64,000 bases of DNA from Lama glama (Eukaryota), in the NCBI GenBank assembly GCA_028534125.1, contig CM052817.1, forward strand, positions 78,866,001-78,930,000. Reading direction: 5' to 3'. This document shows, one piece after another, positions 1 through 12,692 of the stretch (the first letter of the stretch is position 1; the number at the start of each line of letters is the position of its first letter). A model generated the notes under the pieces. The model did no database searches. It saw only the letters and a list, made by a program, of their open reading frames with translations, and was not told the DNA's origin. Both the position numbers and the translations under genes were made by a program.

Positions 1-175
1 TGAGGATTCCCTCCCAGGGCCAGGGCTTGTGTGTGGTTCAAACTTCCTGTTGTCACCAAAGGAGGGAATACACAGACTTTCTAATCAGTTCACCCAGACA
101 TGGAGCAAGAGGGAAAAGGGAACAGTGGACCTGGAAGTTTTCAGTGTCAGCATCAAAAATGGAGTCAGACATTTT
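1..175 (-). mobile_element. Probable ERV1-class LTR fragment, cut by window edge
   Basis: Minus strand reads GTCTGACTCCATTTTTGATGCTGAC, resembling the 5' part of eutherian ERV1 LTRs; locally higher GC. Confidence 0.35.
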
Positions 176-525
176 ATTTTTATACCAGTATTCATTTCTT
201 AGTGACATAATTGAACTATTATTATATAAGATACTTACATTAAGAACAGCTTGGTAAAGAATAAACAGAAACTTTCTTTACTATTTTTGTAATTCTTCTG
301 TAAAATTATCTCAAAATGGAAAAAAAAATTAAGCTAGTTTACTTAGAGGAACTTCTATTTCTTCCAATATAGACCAGGTAGTTTTTAAAACATCTTCCAC
401 TATAAGTCCTGCACACTTAAGAATTTCTAAGTTGAATAAAGCAAACACCAAGAGAGAAATGGAAAGCCCCAGGAACAGAAAAAATTAAAAGTTACAAGCT
501 ACTCCTCAGCATATACTAACCATCA

Positions 526-1034
526 TATATTAGTTTTCCAATGCTGCTATAATAAATTACTATAAACGTGGCAGCTTAAAACAATGTAATGTATTACCTT
601 ACAGTTATATAGATCAGAGGTCTGACATGGTCTCACTGAGCTCAAATCAAAATGTTAGTAGGACTGTGACCCTTTCCGGAGACTCTAAGAAGGGAATCTG
701 TTTTCTTGTTTTTTTCAGCCTCTAGAAGCCACTTACCTTCCTTGGCTCATAGGCCCCCTTCCTCCATCTTCAAAGCCAGCAACTCTTTGACCCTCTTTCC
801 ATCATGGCATTTCTCTGACTCTCCACTCTCCTACCTGCCTCTTCTACTTTTAAGGAGGTTAAATTAAGCTCATCCAGATAATCCAAGATAATTTCCCTAT
901 TTTAAGGTGAGCTGAATAGCCACTCTAATTCTACATGCAAATTTAATTTTAATTTGGCATGTGTTCTCACATAGTTACAGGTACCAAGGATTAGGATGTG
1001 AACATTTTGGGGGACCATTATTCTGTTTACCATG
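526..1034 (-). mobile_element. MaLR solo LTR, MLT1D-like
   Basis: About 510 bp; both termini and internal motifs (tattagttttccaatgctgctataataaattac; ggattaggatgtgaacattttgggggaccattattctg) match the reverse complement of MLT1D. Confidence 0.85.
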
Positions 1035-1449
1035 CTTTGTTACCAGGCATGAGTTTTATTGGCTGTGAGGGAAAAATAGTCTTTGGCCGACACAAGGCAG
1101 GGAGTTAAGATTGATTGCTTTCATAAATCCAGGATCTTGAAGTACACATACAGGTCTTGAAGTAGTAAAAGTGTGAGCTAAAACAATGTCTGCTCCTTGG
1201 CATATGGATTTTTTTTCTATTAACTTTATATTTTGGCATATATTGAGACTAAGTCATTTTTGCCATCCAGAAGGTCTTAACAACACATTGCTCTCTTAAG
1301 GCTGCATCCTTGAAAATGATCTCCATTGTAGAAACATTGTTCCAAGCACAGGGAAAGGGATGTGGAGCCTCTGATTACTGGGTTCAGCTTGAAGGTCAAC
1401 TAGAGGTCATGTTCTCTTGATTACCTCTCCCAACACTCATCCGAGACTT

Positions 1450-2050
1450 CAGTTATTAGAATTAATGGTCATGAACAAAAAGTAATAAAAATGTTTAAAT
1501 GTATAAAGAAGTAAAGGAGATACTCAAAAGCTGATCAAGGAAATAAATCAACAAAAATGAAGATCTTTGAAAAAAGTCAAACCCCTAGGAGTTAAAAAAA
1601 AAAGTTAAAATTATAATCTCAGTGAGTAAAGAGAAGATTAGGCACAGCTAAAGAATTATGAAACTGGAAACAAAATTATTAGGCAGCTCAGAGAAGAAAT
1701 GGCCTAGAAAATATTAAAGAATTTAGGAGACATTTAATTTATAGTAAGTTCTAACATCTTTATAATTGGAGTGTGATATTAATTGGGGTGTCAGAAGGAT
1801 ACATTAGAGAATGTGGAAAAGACAATATTTGAAGAGATTATACCTAAGAATTATAGAAATAAAAATATAAAGATATGAATTCATGGGATATGGAAGAAAA
1901 ATAGACCATTAAAAAGATAAATGAAAGAAAATCCAAACCTAGACAAATCATTGAAACTGAACATTAAGATAAAGAAAAAATCATAAAGGTAACTGAAGGG
2001 CAAAAGAAATATTATCTGCAAAGAATAATATAAATATTAGCTAACACTGA
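1450..2050 (+). mobile_element. Ancient L1 (L1M/L1ME-like) ORF1 remnant
   Basis: A-rich, with degenerate ORF1 motifs (gacaatatttgaagagattata; aaatccaaacctagacaaatc; aaagaaaaaatcataaagg). Confidence 0.65.
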
Positions 2051-4746
2051 TTTTTTTTTGGATATAATTGACATAACATTCTACTAGTTCCAGGTATACA
2101 ACCCACTGATTGCATATTTGTATAAATTGTAAAATAATCACCACAGTAAGTCTAGTTAACATCCATCAATAGATGTAGTGCTTTTTCTTATAATTAGAAC
2201 TTTTTAAGATCTATTCTCTCACCAACTTTCAAACATACAATAGAATATTATTAACTATAGAGTATTATTAGCCATAGTTACCATTCTATATATTACATTC
2301 TTGCAACATATTTATAATTAAAAGTTTTTACCTTTGCTGCTTCGCCCATTTCGCCCACCTCCCACCCCCACTACTGGCAACCAACAATCTGTTCTCTGTA
2401 TTCATAAGCTTGGATTTGTTTTGTGTTGATTTAGATTCCATGTATATAAATGAGATAATGCAGTATCTGTCTTTCTCTGTTTGTCTTGCTACACTTGGCA
2501 TAATACCCTCAAGGTTCATCCATGTGGCCACAAATTCATGATTTCCTTTTTTATGGCTAAATAATATACCATTGTAGATGTGTGTTTACTATATATATTA
2601 TACACACACCCCATTTACCTATCTATTCATCCAACAGTGGACATTCAATTTGCTTCCGTATCTTGGTAAATAATACTTAAAGAACATGGGGATGCATGTA
2701 TCTTTTTTGAGTTAGTGTTTTTATTTTCTTCAGATACATAACCTGAAATGGAATTGCTGAATTATATGGCAGTTTTATTTTAATTTTTTGAGAAACCTTC
2801 ATACTATTTTCCGTAGCAGCTGCACCGATTTACATTCCTGCCAATGGAGCACAAACATTCACTTTTCACCACATCTTTGCCAAAAATTCATATTTCTTGT
2901 CTTTTTGATGATAGCCATTCTAACAGGTGTGAGATAATATTTTATTATGGTTTTGATTCACATTTCCCTGATGACTAGTTATGCTGAGTATCTTTTCATG
3001 TACCTTTTGATTATCTGTATGTCATCTTTGGAAAACTGTCTATTTAGACCCTTTGTCAACTTTTCAGTCAGATTGTTTTGGGGCTTTTTGCTGTTGAGTT
3101 CTATGAGTTCTTTATACTTTTTGGATATTTGCCCCTTATCAGACTTATGATTTGCAAATATTTTCTCCCATTTAGTAGATTGCCTCTTCATTTTGTTGAC
3201 AGTTTCCTCTGCTGTGCAGAGGTTTTTTAGTTTGATAAAGCGCCACTTGTTTATTTTGCTTTTGTTGCCTTTGCTTTTGGTGTGAAATCCAAAAAAAAAA
3301 AAATACTAATACTAATGCCAAGATGCTTACTACTTATGTTTCCTTCTAGGAGTTTTATGGTTTCAGATCTTACATTCATTAATCCATTTGAGTTAGTTTT
3401 GTGTATATTATAAGACAGCAGTACATTTCATTCTTTTTTTATGTGGCTGTCCAATTTTCCCAACACTATTTATTGAAGAGGTTGTCCTTTCCCCATTGTA
3501 TATTCTTAGGGTCCTTTATCATGAACTAATTGACTGTATAATATATATGCTTATTTACGGGTTCTCTATTCTGTTCCATTGAACTACATGTCTGTTTTTA
3601 TGCCAATACAATACACTTTGATTACTATAGCTTTGTAATGTAGTTTGAAATTAGGCAGCATGATGCATTCAGCCTTGTTCTTCTTTCTCAAGATTGCTTT
3701 GGCTATTCATGGTCTTTTGTGGTTTCACACAAATTTTAGAATATTTCTGTTCTATTAAAAATGCCATTGGAATTTTGGTAGGGATTGCATTGAATCTGAA
3801 GATTCCTTCTGTAATATGGGTGTATAACAATACTGATTCTTCCAGTCCATGAGGACAAAATATATTTCCATTTATTTGTGTCTTCTTCAATTTATTTCAT
3901 AAATGTCACATATTTTCAGAGTATGTATCTTTCACCTCCTTGTTTAAATTTATTTCTGTGTATTTTGATGCAATTATAAATGGATTGTTTTATTAATTTC
4001 TCATTCTAATATTTTGTTATAACACATAGAAATGCAACAGAATTTTGTTTATTAACTTGTATCCTGCAACTTTACTGAATTAATTCATTAGTTCTAACCA
4101 TTTTTTTTGGTGGAATCTTTAGACTTTTCTGTAAATAATACTTCATCTGCAAATAGTGACAGTTTTACTACTTCCCTTCTGATTTAGATGCCTTTATTTC
4201 TCTTTCTTGCCTAACTGCTCTAGTTAGGACTTCCAATGCAGTGTTGAGTAAAAGTGGTGAGAATGAGTATCCTTGCCTTGTGCCTGATCTTAGAAGAGGC
4301 TTACATAAAACAACTTATAACAGTCTGTTTTAAGTTGATGATAACTTAAATTTAAATGCATTCTAAATTTACATTCTTAGTCCTCCCCTCCACGTTTTTT
4401 TGATGTCACAATATAAATCTTATTTTGTGTCCCTTACAATTATTATAGTTACTTTTATTACTATTGTTTATTAACCTTAATACAAGTTTTATAAGTGATT
4501 AACTCACCACCTTTACAACAGATTGTTTTGAATTTTACTATATATTTATCATCACCAGTCAGATTTATGCTTTCATATATTTTCCTGTTACTAATCAGCA
4601 CCCTTTCATTTTAGCTTAAAGAAGTCCCTTTAACCATTCTTGTACAGTTAGTTTAGTGATGATGAACTCCTTTAGTTTTACTTGCCTGGAAAAGTCTTTA
4701 TCACTACTTCAATTCTGAAGGACAGTTTTGCTGGTTAGGATATTCT
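2051..4746 (-). mobile_element. L1 (L1MA9/L1MB-era): 3' UTR and ORF2 C-terminal half joined across an internal deletion to inter-ORF/ORF1 C-terminus
   Basis: Poly-T at 2051; ORF2 peptides KRQSTKWEKIFANHKSDKG and FRFNAIPTKIPMAF; abrupt switch near 4295 to inter-ORF/ORF1 sequence. Confidence 0.85.
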
Positions 4747-6545
4747 TTATTTTTTATTGAAGTATAATTGATTTAAAATATTGTGTTAGATTCCATTGTA
4801 CAGCAATTTGATTCAGTTATATATATATATTCAGATTATTTTCAATTATAGGTTATTACAAGATATTGCATATAGTTCCCTATGCTATATAGTAAATCCT
4901 TGTTGCTTATTTATTTTATGTATAGTATTTTATATAGTAGTAGTAGCTCCTAATTCACCCCTCTCCCCCTACCTTTCCCCTTTGGTAACTGTAAGTTTGT
5001 TTTCCATGTCTGTGAGTCTGTTTCTGCTTTGTATACAGATTCATTTGTATTAATTTTTAGATTCCACATATAGGTGTTACCATATAATATATGTCTTCCT
5101 CTGTCTGACTTCAGCAAATATAACATTCTCTAGGTTCATCCATGTTGCTGCAAATGGTAATATTTAATTCTTTTTATGGCTGAGTAATATTCCATTATAC
5201 ACCCCCACACACACATTGTCATAAGTCAGTTATCTGTTGATGGGCAGTTAGGTTGTTTCTATATCTTGGCTATTGTAAATAGTGCTGTATGAACACTGGA
5301 GCATATTTATCTTTTCAAATTAGACTTACCATCTTTTCTGGATATATACCCAGAGGTAGGACTGCTGGCTCATATGTTAGCTTATTTTTAGTTTTGAAAG
5401 GAACCTCCATACTGTTTACCACAGTGACTGTATTTATTTACATTCCCACCAACAGTGTAGGAGGGTTTCCTTTTCTCCACACCATCTCCAGCATTTATCA
5501 TTTGTAGACTTTTTGATGATAGCCATTCCAACCAGGGTGAGGGGATATCTCATTATGGTTTTAATTTGCATTTCTCTAATGATTAGTGATGTTGAGCATC
5601 TTGTCATGGCTTGTTGGCCATCTGTGTGTCTTCTTTTTCTAATTTATTTTATTTTTTAGTTGAAGTATATTCAGTTTACAATGTTTTGTTAATTTCTGAT
5701 GTACAGCATAATGTTTTAGTCATACATTTAGATACATATATTCCTTTTTCATATTCTTTTAAATTATAGGTTACTATCAGATATTGAATATAGTGCTATA
5801 CAATATAAACTTGTTATCTATTTTATATATAGTAGTTAGTATCTGCAAATCTTGAACTCCCAGTTTATTCTTTCCCACCCCCTTTCCTCCTGGTAACCAT
5901 AAGTTTGCTTTCTATGTTTGTGAATCTGTTTTTTTTTTTCCTTTTTCTTTCCTTCTTTTTCTTTTCTTCTTTCTTTTCTGTGTGTCTTTGGAGAAATGTC
6001 TGTGTAGGTCTGCCTGTTTTTTGATTGGATAGTTTGTTTTTTCAAAATTGAGTTGTACAAGGCATTTGTATATTTTAGATATTAACCCCTTGTTGGTTGC
6101 ATCATTTGCAAATATTTTTTTCCCATTTCATAGGTTGTCTCTTCTTTTTACTGATGGTTTTCTTTGCTGTGGCAAAAGCTTTCAGTTTGATTAGGTCCCA
6201 TTTGTTTATTTTTGCTTTTATTTATTTTTCCTTGGAATACTGATCCCAAGGCAAATTGCATTGGTACAGATTTGTCAGAGAATGTTTTGCCTATGCTCTC
6301 TTCTAGGACTTCTATGGTGTCATATCTTCCATTTAGGTTTTTAAACCATTTTGAGTTTATTTTTGTATGTGGTATGAGGGAGTGTTCTAATTTCATTGAT
6401 TTATATGCAACTGTCCAGCTTTCCAAATACCACTTGTTGAAGAGACTGTCTTTTCTCCACTGTGTATTCTTGCCTCCTCTGTCATAGATTAATTGACCAT
6501 AGGTGCATGGGTTTATTTCTGGGCTCTCTATTCTATCGTGTTTTT
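4747..6545 (-). mobile_element. 5'-truncated cetartiodactyl-type L1 (3' UTR and ORF2 C-terminus), interrupted by a younger L1 tail
   Basis: T-rich tail then attgaagtataattgattta; ORF2 peptide [36 protein letters not shown]. Confidence 0.9.
5633..5976 (-). mobile_element. Short young (camelid-type) L1 3' UTR insertion
   Basis: TSD tctgtgtgtctt at 5621-5632 and 5977-5988; 3' UTR matches the copies at 42.9, 58.8 and 61.5 kb. Confidence 0.85.
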
Positions 6546-6899
6546 CATGGTTAAACATGTAGATCCAGGAAGCCCAGAGAGGTACAAATAAAATGAGTTC
6601 AGAGAAACCCACACCAAGATGGGTAAAGTCTTATTTCTTAACCCATGATGGGTACAGAAGTGTTTGAAATATGCTTTATATATTTTCATATGTATTAAAT
6701 ATTTTAAATAATTGTTTTTAAACGTACAGAGTCCATTTAAACTTAAAAAATATTTGTGAGTCCCCCTCAAATGATCTTTGATCACTCATAGTTGAGGTAT
6801 TTCTCAACTAAGAAATTTAGTTGATGAATTAAAGAATATACAATTTTTGATTCCTGAATTTGTTCCCTGAAAGACTAGGTTTGCAAAACTATCTTCAAG

Positions 6900-7250
6900 C
6901 ACATGACAAAAATATGAAGAGATGAAAATAGGTCAGGGATGGAGAAGACATTGAAATACTGAGCTAAAACAATGGGTAAACAATAATAGAAATTATAGAG
7001 TAGAAAAAGAAATAGAATCAAAATTTAAATAAGCAATATAGGAAAAATTTAGCTGAGGAAAAGACTTCAAAATACTGAAAAATCTTACTGTGTTCCAGTC
7101 AGTTGAGGAGGAAATAAATACCTCTAGGCACATCCTACTTATCATACCTTTATGAAAGTAAAGTTCTTAAGGATCAAGAAACAAATCCTATGAGCTTTCT
7201 GGAAAAAAATGAACATATTACCTACAAAGGAAAAATAAAAGTAGTGGGCA
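6900..7250 (+). mobile_element. Very old L1/HAL1-like ORF1 remnant
   Basis: Degenerate motifs ctaggcacatccta, aaatcctatgagctttc, attacctacaaaggaaaa. Confidence 0.5.
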
Positions 7251-7315
7251 TATAAATATATAAAGTTTATAATTTTACTATTAAAGTGTTACATGTTCTC
7301 ATATAATTATGTTTT

Positions 7316-7873
7316 TATTGAAGTATAGTTGATTTACAGTATTGTGTTAGATTCCATTGTACAGCAAATTGATTCAGTTATGTAAATGTATATTTCAGAT
7401 TATTTTCCATTATAGGTTATTGTAAAATATTGAATATAGTTCTCTCTGCTATACTGTAAATATTTGTTGCTTATCTATTTTATATAGAGTAGTGTGTATC
7501 TGTTAATCCCATACTCCTCCTTTTCCCCTTTTCCTAACCATAAGTTTGTTTTCTATGTCTGAGTCTGTTTCTGTTTTGTAGATAAATTCACTTGTATTAT
7601 TTTTTAGATTCCACATATTAGTGATATCATACATTTGTCTTTCTCTTCACTTAGTATGATATTCTCTAGGTCCATCCATGTTGCTGCAAATGGCAATATT
7701 TCATTCTTTTTTATGTCTGAGTAATATATATATATGGATATATGTTTTATACATACATACACATATCCCACATCTTTATCCATTCATCTTTTGATGGATG
7801 CTTAGGCTGCTTCCATATCTTAGCAACTGTAAATAGTGCTGCTATAAACATTGGGGTGCATGCATTTTTTTCA
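7316..7873 (-). mobile_element. 5'-truncated cetartiodactyl-type L1 3' end
   Basis: TSD aattatgtttt at 7305-7315 and 7874-7884; same 3' UTR as the element starting at 4747. Confidence 0.9.
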
Positions 7874-8134
7874 AATTATGTTTTATCAAAGACTCTTTAA
7901 ACTTCTTATTATTTTATGTATGTTATTTATATATATGTGTGTATGTTTATGATATAATTATTTTTAGTATCACGAAGTGTCCTTTTGTAGCTTGTTTAAT
8001 ATTTTGAATTTTAAATTACACCTTGTCTAAAATTAATATTCTCATTCCTGCTTTTCTTTTCTTTGATCACAAATAAGTCACTAAAAATTTTAATGTAGAT
8101 ATAGAGCTTGAAATTAACAAGGTGTTTATATGTT

Positions 8135-8660
8135 GTTGTCATTACTGTAGGTCACCAAATGTTTACACTTATTCCTTCTGACCATGTGGTAGGTTGCTCC
8201 TGCTGGATTCCTTGTGGTTGGGTGAAGCCACATGAGGCTCCTTATCTCATCCTCTGCCTTTAGAATGTACATTCTCCCCCACGGTTCCTCCACTGCGAGC
8301 TGTTTCAAAGATATAGCCTTGGAAAAGGAATGTGTTGTTGAAACCATCTGGACAGTATACATTACTGAGCCTTATTATTTTAAGACCTTCATATAAACTC
8401 AAGATTTGGTGGGCAGCTGCCCAAGATAAGCCTCATATGTAAATTTGCTTGCTTCTTGCCAAAGCGTTGTGACAGAATGTGTCATAACTTCTACTTTGGC
8501 TTAAAAGTAATTGACAAGAGAACTTCCAGAGTTCTCATTTTCCTCTTATGCAGTGACTGAGAACATTTCAAGGTAATGGCCACTTCATCAGTGTAAGTCC
8601 TGGAGACAAAATACACAGAGCAAAGTCTCTGGTTAATAATGGACAGGTAGCAAAAGTAAT
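8135..8660 (+). mobile_element. MaLR LTR, MLT1I-like, split by an ERV1-type LTR fragment (about 8236-8447)
   Basis: MLT1I-like blocks (catgtggtagg…ggttgggtgaagccacatga; ccagagttctc…ggacaggtagca) flank unrelated LTR-like sequence (catataaact…gcccaagataagcctcatatgtaa). Confidence 0.6.
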
Positions 8661-8999
8661 CTTAGATTTTTACATGGAAAAATTAAATTCCTGAAAACAG
8701 AGAAGTATGAAAAAGAAGGGTGAGGTGAGACCTGAATTGTCAGTTATCTGACCATTATCTAAAACCCCTAAACCCAAATAATGATTTTTGGTATTAATGA
8801 AGAAACCAAATAATACCTTCAAAAATACATGGAAACTCAATATTTCTTGTAGTTTATAGTGCAAATAGTGGGAAACCATTACCTAATTTACTAAGTCATG
8901 GTGGCATAATTATCTATACAAAAGAAGATAAAAGTGCATACAAATATTACACAATATGTAAAAAACACCTTTCAAATAGAGAAAGAATTTGAGTATAAA

Positions 9000-10065
9000 A
9001 ATAAAGCAAAAAACACTTGTAATGAAGTCCAGAAGACTAAAAGTACAATTCAGGGACAGGAAAGATCATCTGCTACCAGAAACACATAAAATAAAAGGAT
9101 ACACAGACACGTTTATGTATAAAAGTAGAAGTGAAAGTCTCAGTACCTTGAAAAAATGCAGTAAACAAGATAATATAAATAATAATAAAATAATAATATG
9201 TAGTAGTCTATAGTTCGTATCTACATTATACAATATGTTTATTACAAATTGACAAATAAAAAACCCAAATAATAAGAGAAAAAAGTAGGCAAATGATACA
9301 GAAGAGTAAATCCAAATGGCCAATTGTATGTGCACATATACACACCCACATATATGTGTATGAAAAATGGTGTCAGGAAAACTCAAAATAAAATAACAGG
9401 GAGCTATCATTTTTACCCATCAGACTGATAAAAATTTGAACAAAATAAAGCTGCTAGTAGGGATTTGGAAGAAAGATACTGTTTTAACTGCTGAATAAAC
9501 TGAGTTATGATACCCTTTTTGAAAAGCCACTTAGTGACATCTATTACATTTAGACGACATATAGGTTTTGATCTAACAGCCCCATTCCTGGCAATCTACC
9601 TTATGGTAATCAAGCAACCAGTAGAAAAAGACATGTATTTATACAAGGATATTTATTGTGGCATTGTTCATAGTAACAAAAATAGGAAACAAAGTGAATG
9701 TTCATAAGTGGTTGAGTAATTTACCCCATACACACACTATTGAATGTGATATAGTGATTAAATATGTAGAACTCATAGAACTGTATGAATTCAGAAGATT
9801 CTCCATGAGTAAGAAAAGCAACATGTAAGAAATATGTAAGATACAATATGATCTCATTTTTTAAAAATGACAAGAATAATCACTACATCCATTTATGCAG
9901 AGGAAAAATATGAGTAAATTGGGTTCTTAATGTGGACTAATGGGATGGGAGGGCCTCATAATGGAGGAGAGGAGAAAGGAAGCAATAAGTTGAGACAGAA
10001 GCCAAACAGAACAAGTAGGGGATAGTATTAAAATCTGTGTTCAGCATGATCATACATATGCTTAG
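9000..10065 (+). mobile_element. Ancient L1ME-like ORF2 end and 3' UTR; resumes at about 12310-12360
   Basis: Motifs aaatccaaatggccaat, acccatcagactg, ggatatttattgtggcattgttcatag. Confidence 0.75.
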
Positions 10066-10077
10066 TGTAAAATTCTA

Positions 10078-12297
10078 TGTAATCTTTTTTTCTCTTGTTT
10101 TTCTTAAATGGTTGATTTCTAATTTCATACCATTGTGATCAGAAAAGATACTTGAAATAATTTCTTACCTCTTAAATTTGTTGATGCTTATTTTGTGTCC
10201 TAGTTTGTGGCCTATCCTAGAGAATGTTCCATGCATGGTTGAAAAGAATGTGTATTCTGGGAGTTTTTTTGGGTATAGTGTCCTGTAGATAGCAATTAAG
10301 TCCAATTGTTCTATGGTGTCATTTAGGATCTGTGTTGACTTACTGATTTTCTGTCTGGAAGACCTCTTCATGGATGTCTGTGGGGTGTTAAAGTGTCCTA
10401 CTATTATTGTATTTCTGTCAGTTTCTCAATTTATGTCTTTTAGTATTTGTTTTATGTATTGAGGTGCTCCTAAATTGGGCACATGTGTGTTAATTAGTGT
10501 AATATTCTCTTCTTGTATACCTTTATCATTATATAGTGTCCTTCTTTGCCTTTCTTTATGGACTTTGTTTTAAAGTCTATTTTGTCTAATAGGAGTATTG
10601 CTACCTGCACTTTCTTATAATTTCTATTTGCATGAAATATATTTTTCCATCCCTTCAATCTATTTGTATCTTTCACCCTCAAGTGAATCTCTTGTAAGCA
10701 ACGTATTGTGCATTCTTGTTTTATTATCCAGTCTGCCACTCCATATCTTGATCAGAGCATTTAGACCATTGACATTTAAATTATTGATAAATATGTGTTT
10801 ATTGCCATTTTAAATCTTGTTTTCTAGTTGATTTTGTAGTTATTCTTTCTTTTTGTTTTTCCTTTTGTGGCTTGATGGTTTTATTTTGTATTATGCATGT
10901 GTTCCTTTCTTTTTAGTTTTTGTGAATCTATTATGGGTTTTTTTATTTGTGATGACCCTGGTTTTCAAGTATGTCAAACCAAAACTATACCTGCTTTCTT
11001 TAGACAAGTTCAAACATATTCTAAAGATCTACATTTTCTTACTCCCCTCCCCCACATCTTGTGATTTTGATGTGCTGTTTTACATCTTCATGTGTCTCCT
11101 TTTGCTGTTGATTGTAGATAAATTGCTTTCAGAAAAAAATTTTGTTTTTAATCTGTGTACTGGCTTATTTAAGTGATCTTCAATCCTTTTATATATTTGC
11201 CTTTCGTATTGTAATTTTCCCTTTCCTATAGATTTTTGCTTCTTTTCTACTTAGAGAAGACCTTTCAATATTTATTTTAGTTCAGGTTTAGTATTGCTGT
11301 ATTAGTTTTTGCTTCTCTGAAAAATTCTTTCTCCTTTTCTGAATGATACTCGCTGAGTAGAGTATCTTAGGTTACAGGTTTTTCCCTTTCAGGACTTCGA
11401 CTATATCATGCCACTCCCCTCTGGCCTGCAAATCTTCTGTAGGAAAATTAGCTGATAGCCCTATGAGGGTCTCCTTACAACTGACTCTCTGTTTTTGTCT
11501 TGCTGCCTTGAGAATCCTCTTTATTTTTCACCTTTGCCATTTTAATTATGAAATGTGTTGGTGTGTATCTGTTTGGATTTATCTTATTTGGGACCCTCTG
11601 TGCTTCCTGCACCTGGATATCTGTTTCTTTCTTTAGGTTTGGGAAGTTTTCAGCCATAATTTCTTCAAATGCATTTTTGGTCTCCCTTTCTTTTTCTTCT
11701 CCTAGAAACCCTATTTTATATAGGTTGGCATATTATCCCATAAACCTCATATGTTGTTTTTATTTTGTTTTCATTTGTTTTTCTGTCTGTTGTTCTTTTG
11801 GGGTGACTTCTATTATTCTGTATTCCAGATCACTTATTCTTTCTTCTGCATTATTTTATCTTCTATTCATTGCCTTTAGCTTGTTTTTTACCTTGACAAT
11901 CGAGTTGTCTACTTTTGATTGGTTCCTTTTATAGTTTCTAGTTCTTTGTTATAGTGATCTGCATTTCTATTAATAGTCTTTCTTAATACCTTTAGCATTT
12001 TTATTACTTCCTTTTTGAACTTGGGATCTGGTAGACTGGAGAGGTCGATTTCATTGTTTGTTCTTGTAGGGATTTCTCTTATTCTTTTAATTGGGAGTAG
12101 TTCCTCTGCTTTTTAATTTTACTTAAATTTCTCTGACTCTGTGAATTTAGAAAAAACAGTTATCTATTGTGGTCTTGAAGGGCTGTTTTTACTGGGGCCA
12201 GTGTATACTGGGTGAGTCTAGCATTTTTGTTTTTGATATGAATGCCTGCTATGTCTTTCCTCAGAGTGTGCTGGCCATTGTCCCCTTGATAGGGGGT
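10078..12297 (-). mobile_element. Internal L1 segment (part of 5' UTR, ORF1, ORF2 endonuclease), no 3' UTR or poly-A
   Basis: ORF1 MAENFPNLKKETDIQVQEAQRVPNK; EN peptides CLQEIHLR and YTFFSTMHGTFSRIGH; flanked by tgtaaaattcta direct repeats. Confidence 0.9.
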
Positions 12298-12647
12298 TGT
12301 AAAATTCTAAATATATATGTGCATGTTTAAAGATATTAAAAATTCAATAAAATGAATAGAATAGTAATGAAGGAGAATTTCTAAATGCTGTATTTAAAGA
12401 ATAAAGTGCATTTACTCCACAGTTTCTTCTAGCACTTTCATACACAATAATAAGACTTATAAACCATCCTTCCAAACATATTTTGTGTAGTGTTGTTTAA
12501 ATCCCTCTTCTCCAAGGGATTTAATGAACAAGCTGTAGAACCTTAGGCAAATTATCTTAAGTTAAGATACCTCATTTAAATAGAGCTGAAACACAGTATC
12601 TGACAAAAACATGATACAAAGTAATAGAAAATACTTCCAGAACTCAC

Positions 12648-12692
12648 CTTTCTCAGTGCCTGGTTGAGTTCCAAAATAGTGTTCTCAGAATT
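12648..12692 (-). other. Candidate 45-nt internal coding exon (NSENTILELNQALRK), host gene unidentified
   Basis: Acceptor ttttccactggttaatgtag, consensus donor AAG|gtgagt, open phase 0-0 frame, in non-repeat DNA; no homology evidence available. Confidence 0.3.

Noticed and set aside
12497..12524. Perfect 10-bp hairpin ttaaatccct/agggatttaa
   Set aside because: About one such AT-rich stem is expected by chance in 64 kb
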